Shown here: piece by piece, positions 1-9,235 of the stretch
How positions within the stretch are numbered: position 1 is the first letter of the stretch
Layout: each line of letters opens with the position of its first letter
Assembly: GCA_023246715.1 (NCBI GenBank)
Contig: JAHFHZ010000004.1
Coordinates: forward strand, 1 to 50,471
Length of the DNA: 50,471 nucleotides
From: Candidatus Magasanikiibacteriota bacterium
GTDB taxonomy: Bacteria > Patescibacteriota > Patescibacteriia > Magasanikbacterales > GWA2-37-8
Direction: 5' to 3'
Program-made: the position numbers and the translations under genes
Notes under the pieces: model-generated
Database searches by the model: none
What the model saw: the letters and a program-made list of their open reading frames with translations, nothing else
Told to the model about the DNA's origin: nothing

Positions 1-30
1 TGTCTCCATGAACGTACGGTCAGTTGAATG

Positions 31-104
31 TAAAAGACACCCTTGCGGGTGTCTTTTATTATACTCAATTTTGGAGGTAGTGGGGAGTTTTGTAATTGAA
101 AGCT
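31..104 (-). mobile_element. End of a MITE-like element (same family as 38213-38335), abutting/truncating the DoxX-like gene
   Basis: Reverse complement AGCTTTCAATTACAAAACTCCCCACTACCTCCAAAATTGAGTAT matches 38213-38256 at 43/44 nt and is followed by a similar hairpin. Confidence 0.7.
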
Positions 105-349
105 AAGAGGTCAAACGCAAGACCGGCGTAGGCCCATTCGCGCAGCATCGGGAATTTTGGTTGCCAAATACCAATAACCCCCAGAATTTTGGCCCAACCA
201 ATAATGTGCAAGACATAGATCGGGTATCCCAAATGCACCATTATATCTTTGGCGGCTTGTCCGGCCATTACGTCGTAGATTGCGCCTATGAGTATAAACA
301 GCGAGAACAAGATTGTAACAGTATAATACGCGATTTTTATTTTTTTCAT
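65..349 (-). pseudogene. DoxX-like (DoxX_2) membrane protein, C-terminus replaced by inserted element
   Basis: HLGYP..GWAKILG..LREWAYAG motifs; the frame runs into the repeat element right after FDLL and stops. Confidence 0.65.
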
Positions 350-412
350 ACCGCAAGGGTAGATAATTTAAGAATAATTCAGGTTAGTCTGGTGGTAGCG
401 AAAATTAAAATA

Positions 413-622
413 TTAAGGCAGGTCAGTTTTGGGGCGATTGCGATTGCGCTGCCCGACCGGATTGTGATGGGTAGTTTTGGCCGCCGGGCCAGCGTAGTGT
501 CCTTGGCCTGTGGCTTTTTTGCGCGGTAAAGCCGGTTTCCCCTTGGAGGTATCGATTTTTTCTTCAGCTTTTTTAAGGGCCTGTAGTTGCTTGGTGTACC
601 ATTTCATATATATAGGGTTCAT
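413..622 (-). CDS. Small basic hypothetical protein
   Basis: 69-aa ORF co-oriented with neighbours, native codon style. Confidence 0.5.
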   Translation of the reverse strand: MNPIYMKWYTKQLQALKKAEEKIDTSKGKPALPRKKATGQGHYAGPAAKTTHHNPVGQRNRNRPKTDLP

Positions 623-711
623 CGCTTAGCGAATTTTATCAGCTAACCATAGCACAAGTTGGCGCTCCGGGCTAGAGGGGTGGCTGGTTGCCGGCAAACG
701 CCTATGACAGT

Positions 712-1719
712 TTAATTAATTTCAATATCAATATGCCGCACATGTGGCACATCTTCTTTAATGCGTTTCTCAATTTGATTTATTTTGGTGCCGATGAGTC
801 GGGGCGCGCGGTCGCTTAATTCGGTAAAAAAACGAATGAATTGTGAATAATCAGCGGATAAGTTGTCAAACTCGGCCCTTAATTCCCCATAATTATGTGC
901 TTCCTTTAACAGGGCGGTACCGTTGAATTCCACTTCGCATTTTACCCGATACGTGTTGATGTCTAGTATGGCCGATTTAAAATCAATCACCTTTTCGATT
1001 GCCGGGTCGGCGTTCAAAATCGCCAGCACCTGTTCTTCTAAGTGTCGAGGCATTGCTTTTTCCAATAGGTACTCGCGGTTTTTAATGATGAGCATGATCG
1101 CCACGTACACCAATAACAATCCGATCAATATCGAGCCTACCGCGTCCCATACCACGCTCTGGGTAAACGAAGTCAGCGCTAAACTGGCCATGGCCAACAG
1201 CGAGCCAAGAACCGCCACCGCGTCTTCGTAAACAACCGCCAGCGTGGTCGGGTCGCCAGCTCGGAGGGTATTTAAAAATTTTGTTTCGGGGGTATGTCTC
1301 TTTAGCGCGCGGAAAGCATACACTAGTGTGAAGATTTCAATGACCAGCGACACTCCCAAAATCAAATATCCAATGGGATGTGTTGCTACGGGAGCGTGCC
1401 CAAACAGCGACACGAACCCACGGTACAACGTAACGCCCGCTCCCAAAAAGAAAATGCCGCAGGCGCTGATGAGCGCCCAGAAAAATCGTTCCTGCCCAAA
1501 CCCATAGGGGTAGTTGCTGGTGGCCTTACGTTGGGAACGTTTGATGCCGATCATTAAAAGAGCCTGGTTGCCGGTGTCGGCTGCAGTGTGCACGGCTTCC
1601 GAAAACATTGCCGAAGAACCGGTTAGGATAAAACCGGTAAATTTGATGACGGTGATAAATATATTGCCGGCCAAGGCGGCCATCACGGGCAGTAAACCGG
1701 CTGTTTGGGTAGGAAGCAT
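712..1719 (-). CDS. Cation diffusion facilitator (CDF) family metal transporter
   Basis: TGSSAMFSEAVHTAADTGNQ, YPYGFGQERF and EDAVA motifs; TM helices; start at T-ATG 1719. Confidence 0.92.
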   Translation of the reverse strand: MLPTQTAGLLPVMAALAGNIFITVIKFTGFILTGSSAMFSEAVHTAADTGNQALLMIGIKRSQRKATSNYPYGFGQERFFWALISACGIFFLGAGVTLYRGFVSLFGHAPVATHPIGYLILGVSLVIEIFTLVYAFRALKRHTPETKFLNTLRAGDPTTLAVVYEDAVAVLGSLLAMASLALTSFTQSVVWDAVGSILIGLLLVYVAIMLIIKNREYLLEKAMPRHLEEQVLAILNADPAIEKVIDFKSAILDINTYRVKCEVEFNGTALLKEAHNYGELRAEFDNLSADYSQFIRFFTELSDRAPRLIGTKINQIEKRIKEDVPHVRHIDIEIN

Positions 1720-1858
1720 ATACAGTATTTTATTATAAAATAGCATATATACTATAAAATAGCTAATTTTAGCTAAAAAATACTATCTTTTAACACGCAA
1801 CAGTGCCAAGGTCGGGTGATAGGCAGAGTCCATTTATGAGCGCCGTGCCTGGCTTCAA

Positions 1859-1886
1859 TTGACAACTGCTTCGTATAGAGTAATAT
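1859..1886 (+). promoter_or_regulatory. sigma70-type promoter upstream of long non-coding region
   Basis: TTGACA-16-TAATAT. Confidence 0.55.
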
Positions 1887-1889
1887 AGG

Positions 1890-2355
1890 TGTATATGCAA
1901 TACGCACTCGCCACTAATCTGAATAATAATTTCCCTCCCTACCTAGTTCCGATGACAAACGATCCTGTTCCGGTTACCGTACCCTGACAGAGCAGTGCGT
2001 GCCAATCATCGCCATACCGCGGCAAAAGAATGCCCGAATTTGGCAGCATGGCAACAGTGGACACGACCGCTTGGTCCGCGATGAGAATCTCTCCGTCGTA
2101 TCAGACAGATCGGTCGAAAACAATGGAAAATTGAAAAGAACTATCATCGTCGGAGTCTAGCCGAAACCACGATGTTCCGGATTAAGACGATCTTTGGCAA
2201 TCGTGTGGTTGCTCGTCGTCATGATACGCAAACCACTGAATTATTCCTCCGTATCAAAACGCTGAATCGGATGACGGTGCTCGGTATGCCAGACAATGAT
2301 CTTGTTGCCTAGATTCCTTTCTCCAATGGTGGAGTGTGATTGGAGAGAGGAATTA
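1890..2355 (+). ncRNA. Candidate structured ncRNA / long leader
   Basis: No long ORF; several nested complementary segments and a 15-bp terminal hairpin (2313-2353). Confidence 0.35.
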
Positions 2356-2399
2356 TTCAACAAAGTCCATCAGAATAATTATTTTTTAAAATTTCAAAT

Positions 2400-3044
2400 A
2401 TGGATCAATCTCTATCACCTCAAAAAGAATCTTGGCGACATAGTCCAGATGCTTATAAAATACAAAAAGACTTAGCCAAATCTTTAGAGGAGGACTTGAA
2501 CGGAAGACCTGAAATGCTATTAGTTTCCGGTGAAAAAATCACCGCTCATCGACAGGACATTCAAGATACTTTAGAAAAATTTGATCAGCTGACTGAAAAA
2601 CAAAAGGAGGATATTGATAAACGATATATTATTTCTGGCGGCGTTAAAGGCTTGCTAGAGAGCGCTAATGAGCTTTTTTCTAAAATTGAAGCCATAGCAG
2701 ATAATAGTGGCATGTTTGTAGGTAAGTCAACTGGCCGTGCTACTGCGGAGGCTATCTGGAAGCAAGATGGGAATGTGCGTAGGATTGGTTTAAATCCAGA
2801 TTTTAATCTTAGACAAGAACTTGACTTAGGCATGACGCTTCCTGAAATAGACAAAAAAATATTTGCAATACTACAGCGAAGACTACCCGAAATAAATTTT
2901 AACATTCCACCCAAAGACCAAAGTGCCATTTTATGCGCTATGGCAGAATATGATAATCCGTGGGGAGTGCTTGCAGCGGCTAAACAGATTAAAGAAAGAA
3001 TTTTAAATCCAAATTTGGAGAAGGAACGATTAGAAAGAACGTAA
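2400..3044 (+). CDS. Hypothetical protein (AT-rich)
   Basis: 214-aa ORF, T-ATG start, no recognisable motif. Confidence 0.7.
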   Translation: MDQSLSPQKESWRHSPDAYKIQKDLAKSLEEDLNGRPEMLLVSGEKITAHRQDIQDTLEKFDQLTEKQKEDIDKRYIISGGVKGLLESANELFSKIEAIADNSGMFVGKSTGRATAEAIWKQDGNVRRIGLNPDFNLRQELDLGMTLPEIDKKIFAILQRRLPEINFNIPPKDQSAILCAMAEYDNPWGVLAAAKQIKERILNPNLEKERLERT

Positions 3045-3315
3045 AAATTTGGTCTGTGAAATAAAAGTGGCATACTACTGAGTGTTGTTTTTTTTATTTT
3101 AAAATTTAATTTTTTCTACCAAAAAAAATTATCCATTGTCAACGATCACGCCACCTATTTGACTAGCCCGTTTGGTGGATTGGGTTGGGGCTATTTGTTG
3201 GCCCGCTGCGGCGGGCTTAAAAAATGTTCGAACAATCCCTAATATACCGAGCGTAGAAAAATATGGATCAAGTAAGCCATATTTTTTTATTGACCATAGG
3301 CGTGATTCGAACCCG

Positions 3316-4131
3316 TTAATACTTAATTTCTTTCAAAAAATCCCGCACTTCTTCTTCCTTGGTGGGGAGCGGTTGAGCTAAGCGCCAGATGACCTCAAAT
3401 TGAGACAGCATCATTTCGGCTAATTCCGCGCTTTCAATAATATAACCAAAACTTTCTTTGCGTGAAGATAAAAAGGCCACTTTGTTTCCATAAATCCAGT
3501 ACCCCATGCTGAACTGTATTTCAGCGGGAGCAACCCTGACTTCTCTTTTAAATAATTTTCCCGAACCAAGGTAGGGATGTTTTTTAAGAGCCACCACTTC
3601 GTTCTCCGGCCAAATAGCACGGGTATATACATTATTACGAATGCGTTCTTTGTTGTGATAACGAAAAAATTCCCCCGATAACACGTCAACCATTTTTTTA
3701 ATTGGCCAGTAAGCCTGGGTCTCGATATTTTTGTAGAGCAGCATGTCTTTTAAGACATTTTTTAACCCTTCAGCCCCTTCAAAAATTTCAAACTTCGGTA
3801 AAAGTAATTTTTGGGGTTGTTTTGCTTTTAATTCCGGCAGCAATTTTTGATATTCCAAAAAATCTTGCTGAGTACGTTTAATTTTTTCTTCAAAGATCGG
3901 AACAATTTTTTCTGGGTCTTTAGCAATAAAAAGTTTGACCCCGCCCTTTATTGATTGCACCACAAAACCTTTTTCTATCAGGCGTTTTAAAACGAGATAT
4001 TGGGTAACGCGAACAACCCCGCTGGTGCGGGCTAATTGTCCCGCGTTGAGTGGGCCATTTTCTAGCAAAAGACTATATGTTTTAATCTCGGCGATGTTTA
4101 GTCCGAGCCCGGTTAATATTTTTTCGAGCAT
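3316..4131 (-). CDS. TrmB-family transcriptional regulator
   Basis: N-terminal wHTH (LGL..E..Y..LL..G..L..L.EKGFV), FEGAEGLK linker and C-terminal IYGNKVAFLS domain. Confidence 0.88.
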   Translation of the reverse strand: MLEKILTGLGLNIAEIKTYSLLLENGPLNAGQLARTSGVVRVTQYLVLKRLIEKGFVVQSIKGGVKLFIAKDPEKIVPIFEEKIKRTQQDFLEYQKLLPELKAKQPQKLLLPKFEIFEGAEGLKNVLKDMLLYKNIETQAYWPIKKMVDVLSGEFFRYHNKERIRNNVYTRAIWPENEVVALKKHPYLGSGKLFKREVRVAPAEIQFSMGYWIYGNKVAFLSSRKESFGYIIESAELAEMMLSQFEVIWRLAQPLPTKEEEVRDFLKEIKY

Positions 4132-4218
4132 ACACAATATCTCTATGTTGTTATTATGTTACAACACTATATACATAGTTGTCCACATCATCTAGGATAA
4201 GTTTACAAGGAGGTAGTG

Positions 4219-4842
4219 ATGAGAAACATGCAAGATCCCAAGAACTGGCTTCTACTCCCGCCGGGTGATACGTTGCTCCTGCGCTTCCCCGCGCCGGAGA
4301 TCCTGCCGGGCACCGAGCTGGCTTCGTCGCGCGACATTCTCGTCGCCAATGGCGGAGCCGCGTTTCCCTGGGGTCGGCTCCCGAAGCCCCAGCCGAATGA
4401 CCACCTGTGGCATGAGCATCGTCTCGGCACGGGTGGGCTTTACCACGTGGCATGGTTCGTGTGCCGCGAGGGCCGGGTGGGTGGGGCGCCGAACGTTCCG
4501 GAGGATTTGCCGGGCTCACTGCGTTCTGGCCTCTACCTGGACGGCGGCAGCTCGCCCGAGGGTCTCGCAGACAACGAGGGCTACGCCCTGGTCAAGCCCG
4601 CGAGCGATGCCGACCGGGACATGTACCGCCTCGTCATGCTGCATGCACAGCGGCACATCATGGCCGACGGCGGCCTGCTCATCGTGACCCCGATCGATGA
4701 GGGCGGCATCGTCCACGTCGGCTTCGGCGGGCGCTGCAGGAGCTGCCCAAACCCGCTGCTCATCACCATCGAGCAGCTCCGGGTGGCGGTGCCTGGCTAC
4801 CGCTTCGAGCCGCTGCCTGAATGGCAGAACTGGCAGGCCTAG
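4219..4842 (+). CDS. GC-rich cassette: protein with C-terminal NifU/Nfu-like CxxC domain
   Basis: AAGGAGGT SD 4207-4214; C-terminal GIVHVGFGGRCRSCP..LITIEQL resembles the NifU-C consensus; GC-rich codons. Confidence 0.7.
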   Translation: MRNMQDPKNWLLLPPGDTLLLRFPAPEILPGTELASSRDILVANGGAAFPWGRLPKPQPNDHLWHEHRLGTGGLYHVAWFVCREGRVGGAPNVPEDLPGSLRSGLYLDGGSSPEGLADNEGYALVKPASDADRDMYRLVMLHAQRHIMADGGLLIVTPIDEGGIVHVGFGGRCRSCPNPLLITIEQLRVAVPGYRFEPLPEWQNWQA

Positions 4843-5063
4843 CCTCCTCGTGCCGCCGACACGTTAAATACCGGCCCCCTATCTTGCTAGCAAACAGGGC
4901 AAAAGACCACCGTCTTATTACGGAGTGGTTTTTTGTTTAAAGGTAGAGCTGATCGGCTTAAAAAAATTGGTTCTGAATCTATTGGTATTTTTTGATTCAA
5001 ATAAAATTCATGACAAGAGGGTACATTTTTTGTTATACTCAACGTACTAAGCACATAAATAGT

Positions 5064-5417
5064 ATGTCAAAACATCGGATCTATACCATGAACTTCGCCA
5101 GCGTGTACCCGCTGTATGTCGCCAAGGCCAAGAAAAAAGGGCGGACCAAGACCGAAGTCGATGAGATTATCTGCTGGTTGACCGGGTATAGCCAGAAAAA
5201 ACTCGAAGCCCAGCTGGCCAAGCAGTTAAACATCGAGGCTTTTTTTGCCAAAGCTCCACGACTGAACCCCGCGCGGGCATTGATCAAAGGTATTGTCTGC
5301 GGCGTGCGCGTCGAAGACATTGCCGACCCGCTGATGCGTGAAGTCCGTTACATCGATAAACTAATCGACGAGCTGGCCAAAGGAAAAACGCTGGACAAGA
5401 TTTTGCGAAAACAATAA
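5064..5417 (+). CDS. DUF2200 family protein
   Basis: [56 protein letters not shown]. Confidence 0.88.
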   Translation: MSKHRIYTMNFASVYPLYVAKAKKKGRTKTEVDEIICWLTGYSQKKLEAQLAKQLNIEAFFAKAPRLNPARALIKGIVCGVRVEDIADPLMREVRYIDKLIDELAKGKTLDKILRKQ

Positions 5418-5476
5418 AACAAAAAAGACGCCACCCAGCGTCTTTTTTAATTTTTCTTCTGCTAGAAAAGGTTCGT

Positions 5477-5857
5477 TTACACTTCTTTTCGGCGGGCCAA
5501 TCTCCAGTGAAAGGCAAACAGGGGGGCGCCGACCACGATAAACGAAATATCGCGAACCAAATCACGCTGGCGCTGGGCTTCGCGATTTTCGATCTCGGAT
5601 TTTTTTTGTTCTTCCTGATCAACACGGCATTTTTCCTGGGTAGTAGCGGTGTTCTCGCCCGCTGTCGGTAGCGGGCAGGCCGACGCGCTGGAGTAATAAC
5701 TGTAATTATCCGCTTTGGTGAAAACGTATGTTTTTAAAAGCGTACTTAACAAATCAACCGCTGAAATCACCATCATCATTAAGGCCACAAACGATACCAC
5801 GTACAAATAGAGCGTTTTAATAAACATGGATTTTGTGTTTACCGCGGGCGTTTCCAT
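5477..5857 (-). CDS. DUF5671-like two-TM membrane protein
   Basis: IKTLYLYVVSFVALMM...FIVVGAPLFAFHW pattern common in CPR. Confidence 0.75.
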   Translation of the reverse strand: METPAVNTKSMFIKTLYLYVVSFVALMMMVISAVDLLSTLLKTYVFTKADNYSYYSSASACPLPTAGENTATTQEKCRVDQEEQKKSEIENREAQRQRDLVRDISFIVVGAPLFAFHWRLARRKEV

Positions 5858-5936
5858 ATGGTGATACATTATTAAATAAAACAATAAAATGTAGAGAGGG
5901 GTGCCGGGCTTGTTGCGCCAGGCGGGGGAGTGGGTG

Positions 5937-6680
5937 TTAATCGATGATCGCGCCCTGGCGATCGATGATCACACCAAGGTTGCGGGCCGTGCCGGATTTG
6001 GGGATCTTGGCCCCCAGCCGCCCGCGTCGCCGGGCAATCCGTTCAGCCATTTCGTCCCACCATGGGAAGCTGGCCACCTGCATATGGTAGTGCTCGTTCA
6101 CCAGGTGGTGCGGCCGGTGGCGCTTTCGCACCGACAGGATAATCCAGCGCCAGAGGCCACGGCGCTTGGGCACATAGTGTGGGCAGTGGCCGCCCAGATA
6201 GTGCAGCGTCTCGTAGCTCAGGACGCGCGTGAGGATTGTGAGCGCCGCGGTGAGCGCGTAGCCGATCCCGAGCGTAGGGCCGAAGACCGCTAGGCAGCCC
6301 CCGATCACGCCGCAGGGAATCCAGCGCATGATGCAGTCGGGGATGAAGATATCTTGGGGATTGTCGGGGTCGGCATGGTGCAGACGATGGCTCTGCGCGC
6401 CCGCCAGATCGGGGAGTTGCCAGGCGCGGCCCCAGAACCGAATTGTGCGCGGTCGGTAGTGCAGGTAGTTACGGTGAAAGTAGTATTCCACCGGCGGGCC
6501 GAGCGGCAACAAGGCCGCGATCAACACCGGGTGCCAGACCGTCCAATGCCCCCAGCAGATACGGATAAACGCCAGTAGAACAATTGAGCTGACGAGCACG
6601 CGCGGGCTGTGCCGCCGGTACATTTCGGTCAGCCCCTGCCCGAGGGTGGTGATTGGGCGATGGTTCCGTGACTGCGTCAT
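5937..6680 (-). CDS. GC-rich cassette: sterol desaturase / fatty-acid hydroxylase family di-iron membrane enzyme
   Basis: His boxes EYYFHRNYLH, HRLHH, YETLHYLGGH, HRPHH; GAAAGGA SD before ATG 6680. Confidence 0.85.
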   Translation of the reverse strand: MTQSRNHRPITTLGQGLTEMYRRHSPRVLVSSIVLLAFIRICWGHWTVWHPVLIAALLPLGPPVEYYFHRNYLHYRPRTIRFWGRAWQLPDLAGAQSHRLHHADPDNPQDIFIPDCIMRWIPCGVIGGCLAVFGPTLGIGYALTAALTILTRVLSYETLHYLGGHCPHYVPKRRGLWRWIILSVRKRHRPHHLVNEHYHMQVASFPWWDEMAERIARRRGRLGAKIPKSGTARNLGVIIDRQGAIID

Positions 6681-6791
6681 GGCGCACCGTCCTTTCTTGG
6701 AGCTGTATAGCTGTTGTTGCAACGCCATCTTACCCAAAATGTACGATTGCTTTGTAGCAACAGCTGTATTTCTAAAGAACTGTTTAGTAAC

Positions 6792-7775
6792 TTAACGGAT
6801 ACCAACCAGTTGGCGCACCGTCTGCATCGTCGCGGCGGCGACTTTTTGGGCTTTACGCGCGCCAGTTTCCAAAATACCGTGCAACTGTTTGGGGTTAGCT
6901 AAGAGTTCTGCTCGCCGCGCCCGGAAATCCCTAAAATAATCGCCAATCGAACGGGTTAATTCCTGTTTCAAATCTCCATAGCGGATCGTACCATCCTTTT
7001 CGGACTTGGCAAATGTATTATAGGCCTCGGCCGAGCCAAACTGTTTTAAGAGCAGTAGCAAATTCGCCGCGCCGGGCGCCTGGCCGCCGCCCTCGGTGGC
7101 CGTCACCGCCTTTTTCAGTTTCGTTTCGATTTGCGTGGGCTCTTCGCAGAGTTCAATTACATGCCCAGCGCCAAGCGACTTGCTCATTTTTTTGCTTGGT
7201 TCCAAGAGGCTCATGACCCTGGGGAGCTCGGTGAAAATAGGTTTGATCATTTGAAAATACTCGCCATACCGTTTGTTAAACAATCGGACAATATCATTCG
7301 TCAATTCCAAATGCTGCTCTTGATCTTTGCCCACCGGTATCAGCGCCGGTCGATAGAGTAAAACGTCGGCCGCTTGCAAAATCGGGTAGGTTAAAAGCCC
7401 GGCATTAATATTTTTTTCTTGCTGAACCGACTTGTCTTTAAATTGCGTCATGCGCTGCAATTCCGCGATTGGAGTAATGGAGTTAAAAATCCAGGCCAAT
7501 TCAGTATGTTCGGCCACGTGTGACTGTACGAAAAAAGTAGTTGATTCAGGATCAATGCCGAGCGCCACTAGTTCGGCCGCCAGTGTTTGAATTTTTGTTC
7601 GCCGTTCATCGGCCGAGTCTTGGCCGGTTAACGAGTGATAATCCGCGATAAAAAAATAACAGTCGTATTGGCCGCTATTTTGTAGCTCCACCCAATTCTT
7701 CACCGCGCCCAAGTAGTTTCCGATATGCAAATTCCCCGTGGGTTGGATGCCCGAAAAAATTACCGGTTTAGCCAT
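6792..7775 (-). CDS. trpS: Tryptophan--tRNA ligase
   Basis: SGIQPTG.LHIGNY, YPILQAAD and KMSKS motifs. Confidence 0.97.
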   Translation of the reverse strand: MAKPVIFSGIQPTGNLHIGNYLGAVKNWVELQNSGQYDCYFFIADYHSLTGQDSADERRTKIQTLAAELVALGIDPESTTFFVQSHVAEHTELAWIFNSITPIAELQRMTQFKDKSVQQEKNINAGLLTYPILQAADVLLYRPALIPVGKDQEQHLELTNDIVRLFNKRYGEYFQMIKPIFTELPRVMSLLEPSKKMSKSLGAGHVIELCEEPTQIETKLKKAVTATEGGGQAPGAANLLLLLKQFGSAEAYNTFAKSEKDGTIRYGDLKQELTRSIGDYFRDFRARRAELLANPKQLHGILETGARKAQKVAAATMQTVRQLVGIR

Positions 7776-7844
7776 AGCATTTTTTAATAATTTCCCTTAC
7801 ACTATATACTATTGCCTTGTATTTGTATACTAAATTCTCTCAGT

Positions 7845-8357
7845 ATGGGCAGAAAGCAAAACCGTCGTCAGACCCCGCCCGAAGGCTCCAGTTTCAAGAT
7901 AGAAAAACGCCTAGGTATTCCCGATCAACGGGGCTGTTCGTTCGAAACCACTCGGGAATTTGATTTAAGCTGCCTGGGCTTCCCTGGTGAGCGCACTATT
8001 TTTAATCTGGGCGATTTTTTCCTCAACCAAAGATCGCTCTTTGTCGCTGGTAACAAAGTGCAATTTAACCCCCAAGAAATGATGGTGCAAATCAGTGGTG
8101 GCACGGCCGGGAGCCACGAACTAAGCGTCCGTGAGTTCCTGGTAAAAATCGGCGTACCGCTTATCGACGACGTGATAGAAGGAAAAAGAGGCTCCGGCGG
8201 AGCGTTGACAATGTTGAGCGAGCTGCGGGTAGCGTTAAAAGAAAAAGAATTACAAAAAGAAGAACAAAAACGAGCGGAAGCTAATTTAACCGAATTATTT
8301 CAAGAGCAAGAGCATCGAACGCGGCCGGGAGGGCTGGGCAAATTATTTGGCCGCTAA
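7845..8357 (+). CDS. Hypothetical protein
   Basis: T-ATG start, C-terminal coiled coil. Confidence 0.65.
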   Translation: MGRKQNRRQTPPEGSSFKIEKRLGIPDQRGCSFETTREFDLSCLGFPGERTIFNLGDFFLNQRSLFVAGNKVQFNPQEMMVQISGGTAGSHELSVREFLVKIGVPLIDDVIEGKRGSGGALTMLSELRVALKEKELQKEEQKRAEANLTELFQEQEHRTRPGGLGKLFGR

Positions 8358-8831
8358 TTAATAATGATACTTCCGGTTCCCTAAAATCATCTGCGCGCGG
8401 TAGAGTTGTTCCAAAAAAATCACCCGCGCCATTTGATGAGTAAAGGTCAGTTTCGACAAGGCGATGGTTCCCCGCGCCAGCTTGGTAATTGAGGGGTGCA
8501 GGCCAAGCGGCCCGCCCATTACGAACACCAAGGGCGCGCCGAGCAACTGGAGCGCGCTCAAATGGTTGGCCAAAGAGAGCGAAGAAAATTCCGCCCCACG
8601 CTCATCGAGCGCCACCACGTAGCCGTTTTTTATTTTAGCGATTTCTTGGGTAATTTTCTCTGCTTCTTTTGCTTTGATTAACTCCGGCAAATCCTTCTCA
8701 TCAAAACTTTCTTCCTTGAGCTCATGAATGTGGAGTTTAGCCAGCGGGGTGAGGCGTTTGAGGTATTCGGCCTCGGCTTCGCGCCAAAAGGGCTCTTTAA
8801 GCTTGCCCAAAACGATCAAATGTATGTTCAT
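8358..8831 (-). CDS. rlmH: 23S rRNA (pseudouridine1915-N3)-methyltransferase
   Basis: LGKLKE..EYLKRL, LDERG, GGPLG, LSKLTFTHQMARVIFLEQLYRA..YHY. Confidence 0.96.
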   Translation of the reverse strand: MNIHLIVLGKLKEPFWREAEAEYLKRLTPLAKLHIHELKEESFDEKDLPELIKAKEAEKITQEIAKIKNGYVVALDERGAEFSSLSLANHLSALQLLGAPLVFVMGGPLGLHPSITKLARGTIALSKLTFTHQMARVIFLEQLYRAQMILGNRKYHY

Positions 8832-8868
8832 ATTTGGCTTAGATTAGCAAAAAAATAGCTTTAAACCA

Positions 8869-8897
8869 TTGACAAAAGGCCTAAAATGTGCTATACT
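8869..8897 (+). promoter_or_regulatory. sigma70 promoter (native type)
   Basis: TTGACA-17-TATACT. Confidence 0.75.
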
Positions 8898-8923
8898 AGT
8901 AATTGTAATTTTTAATCAAAAAT

Positions 8924-9184
8924 ATGGCTCGAAAGCCCCCTGGTGAGTCAGCTGATATTGGAGTCTACAATCGAGCGCTCAGGGGCCTGGCCAGTGACTC
9001 AAAAGCCGATGATGTTCAGGCGGAGATAGAAGCTGCTTTAAAGGCGGGTGAACAAGCCCAAGCCACAAGTGAGCGAAAAAATGCTGGAGCTACAACTAAA
9101 TCAATGAACCCAGAGGGCTCCGTGCTGCGCCGCACTCGGCGGCCGGACAGTTCCCCTGGCCAGCGCAGTTGGACAGCCAACTAA
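8924..9184 (+). CDS. Small hypothetical protein
   Basis: 86-aa ORF between a consensus promoter and a terminator. Confidence 0.65.
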   Translation: MARKPPGESADIGVYNRALRGLASDSKADDVQAEIEAALKAGEQAQATSERKNAGATTKSMNPEGSVLRRTRRPDSSPGQRSWTAN

Positions 9185-9203
9185 AATTTGTTAATATACC
9201 TAC

Positions 9204-9235
9204 AATCACCCCATATTAATTGGGGTGATTTTTTT
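9204..9235. terminator. Intrinsic terminator between convergent genes
   Basis: AATCACCCCA..TGGGGTGATT plus T-run. Confidence 0.7.
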
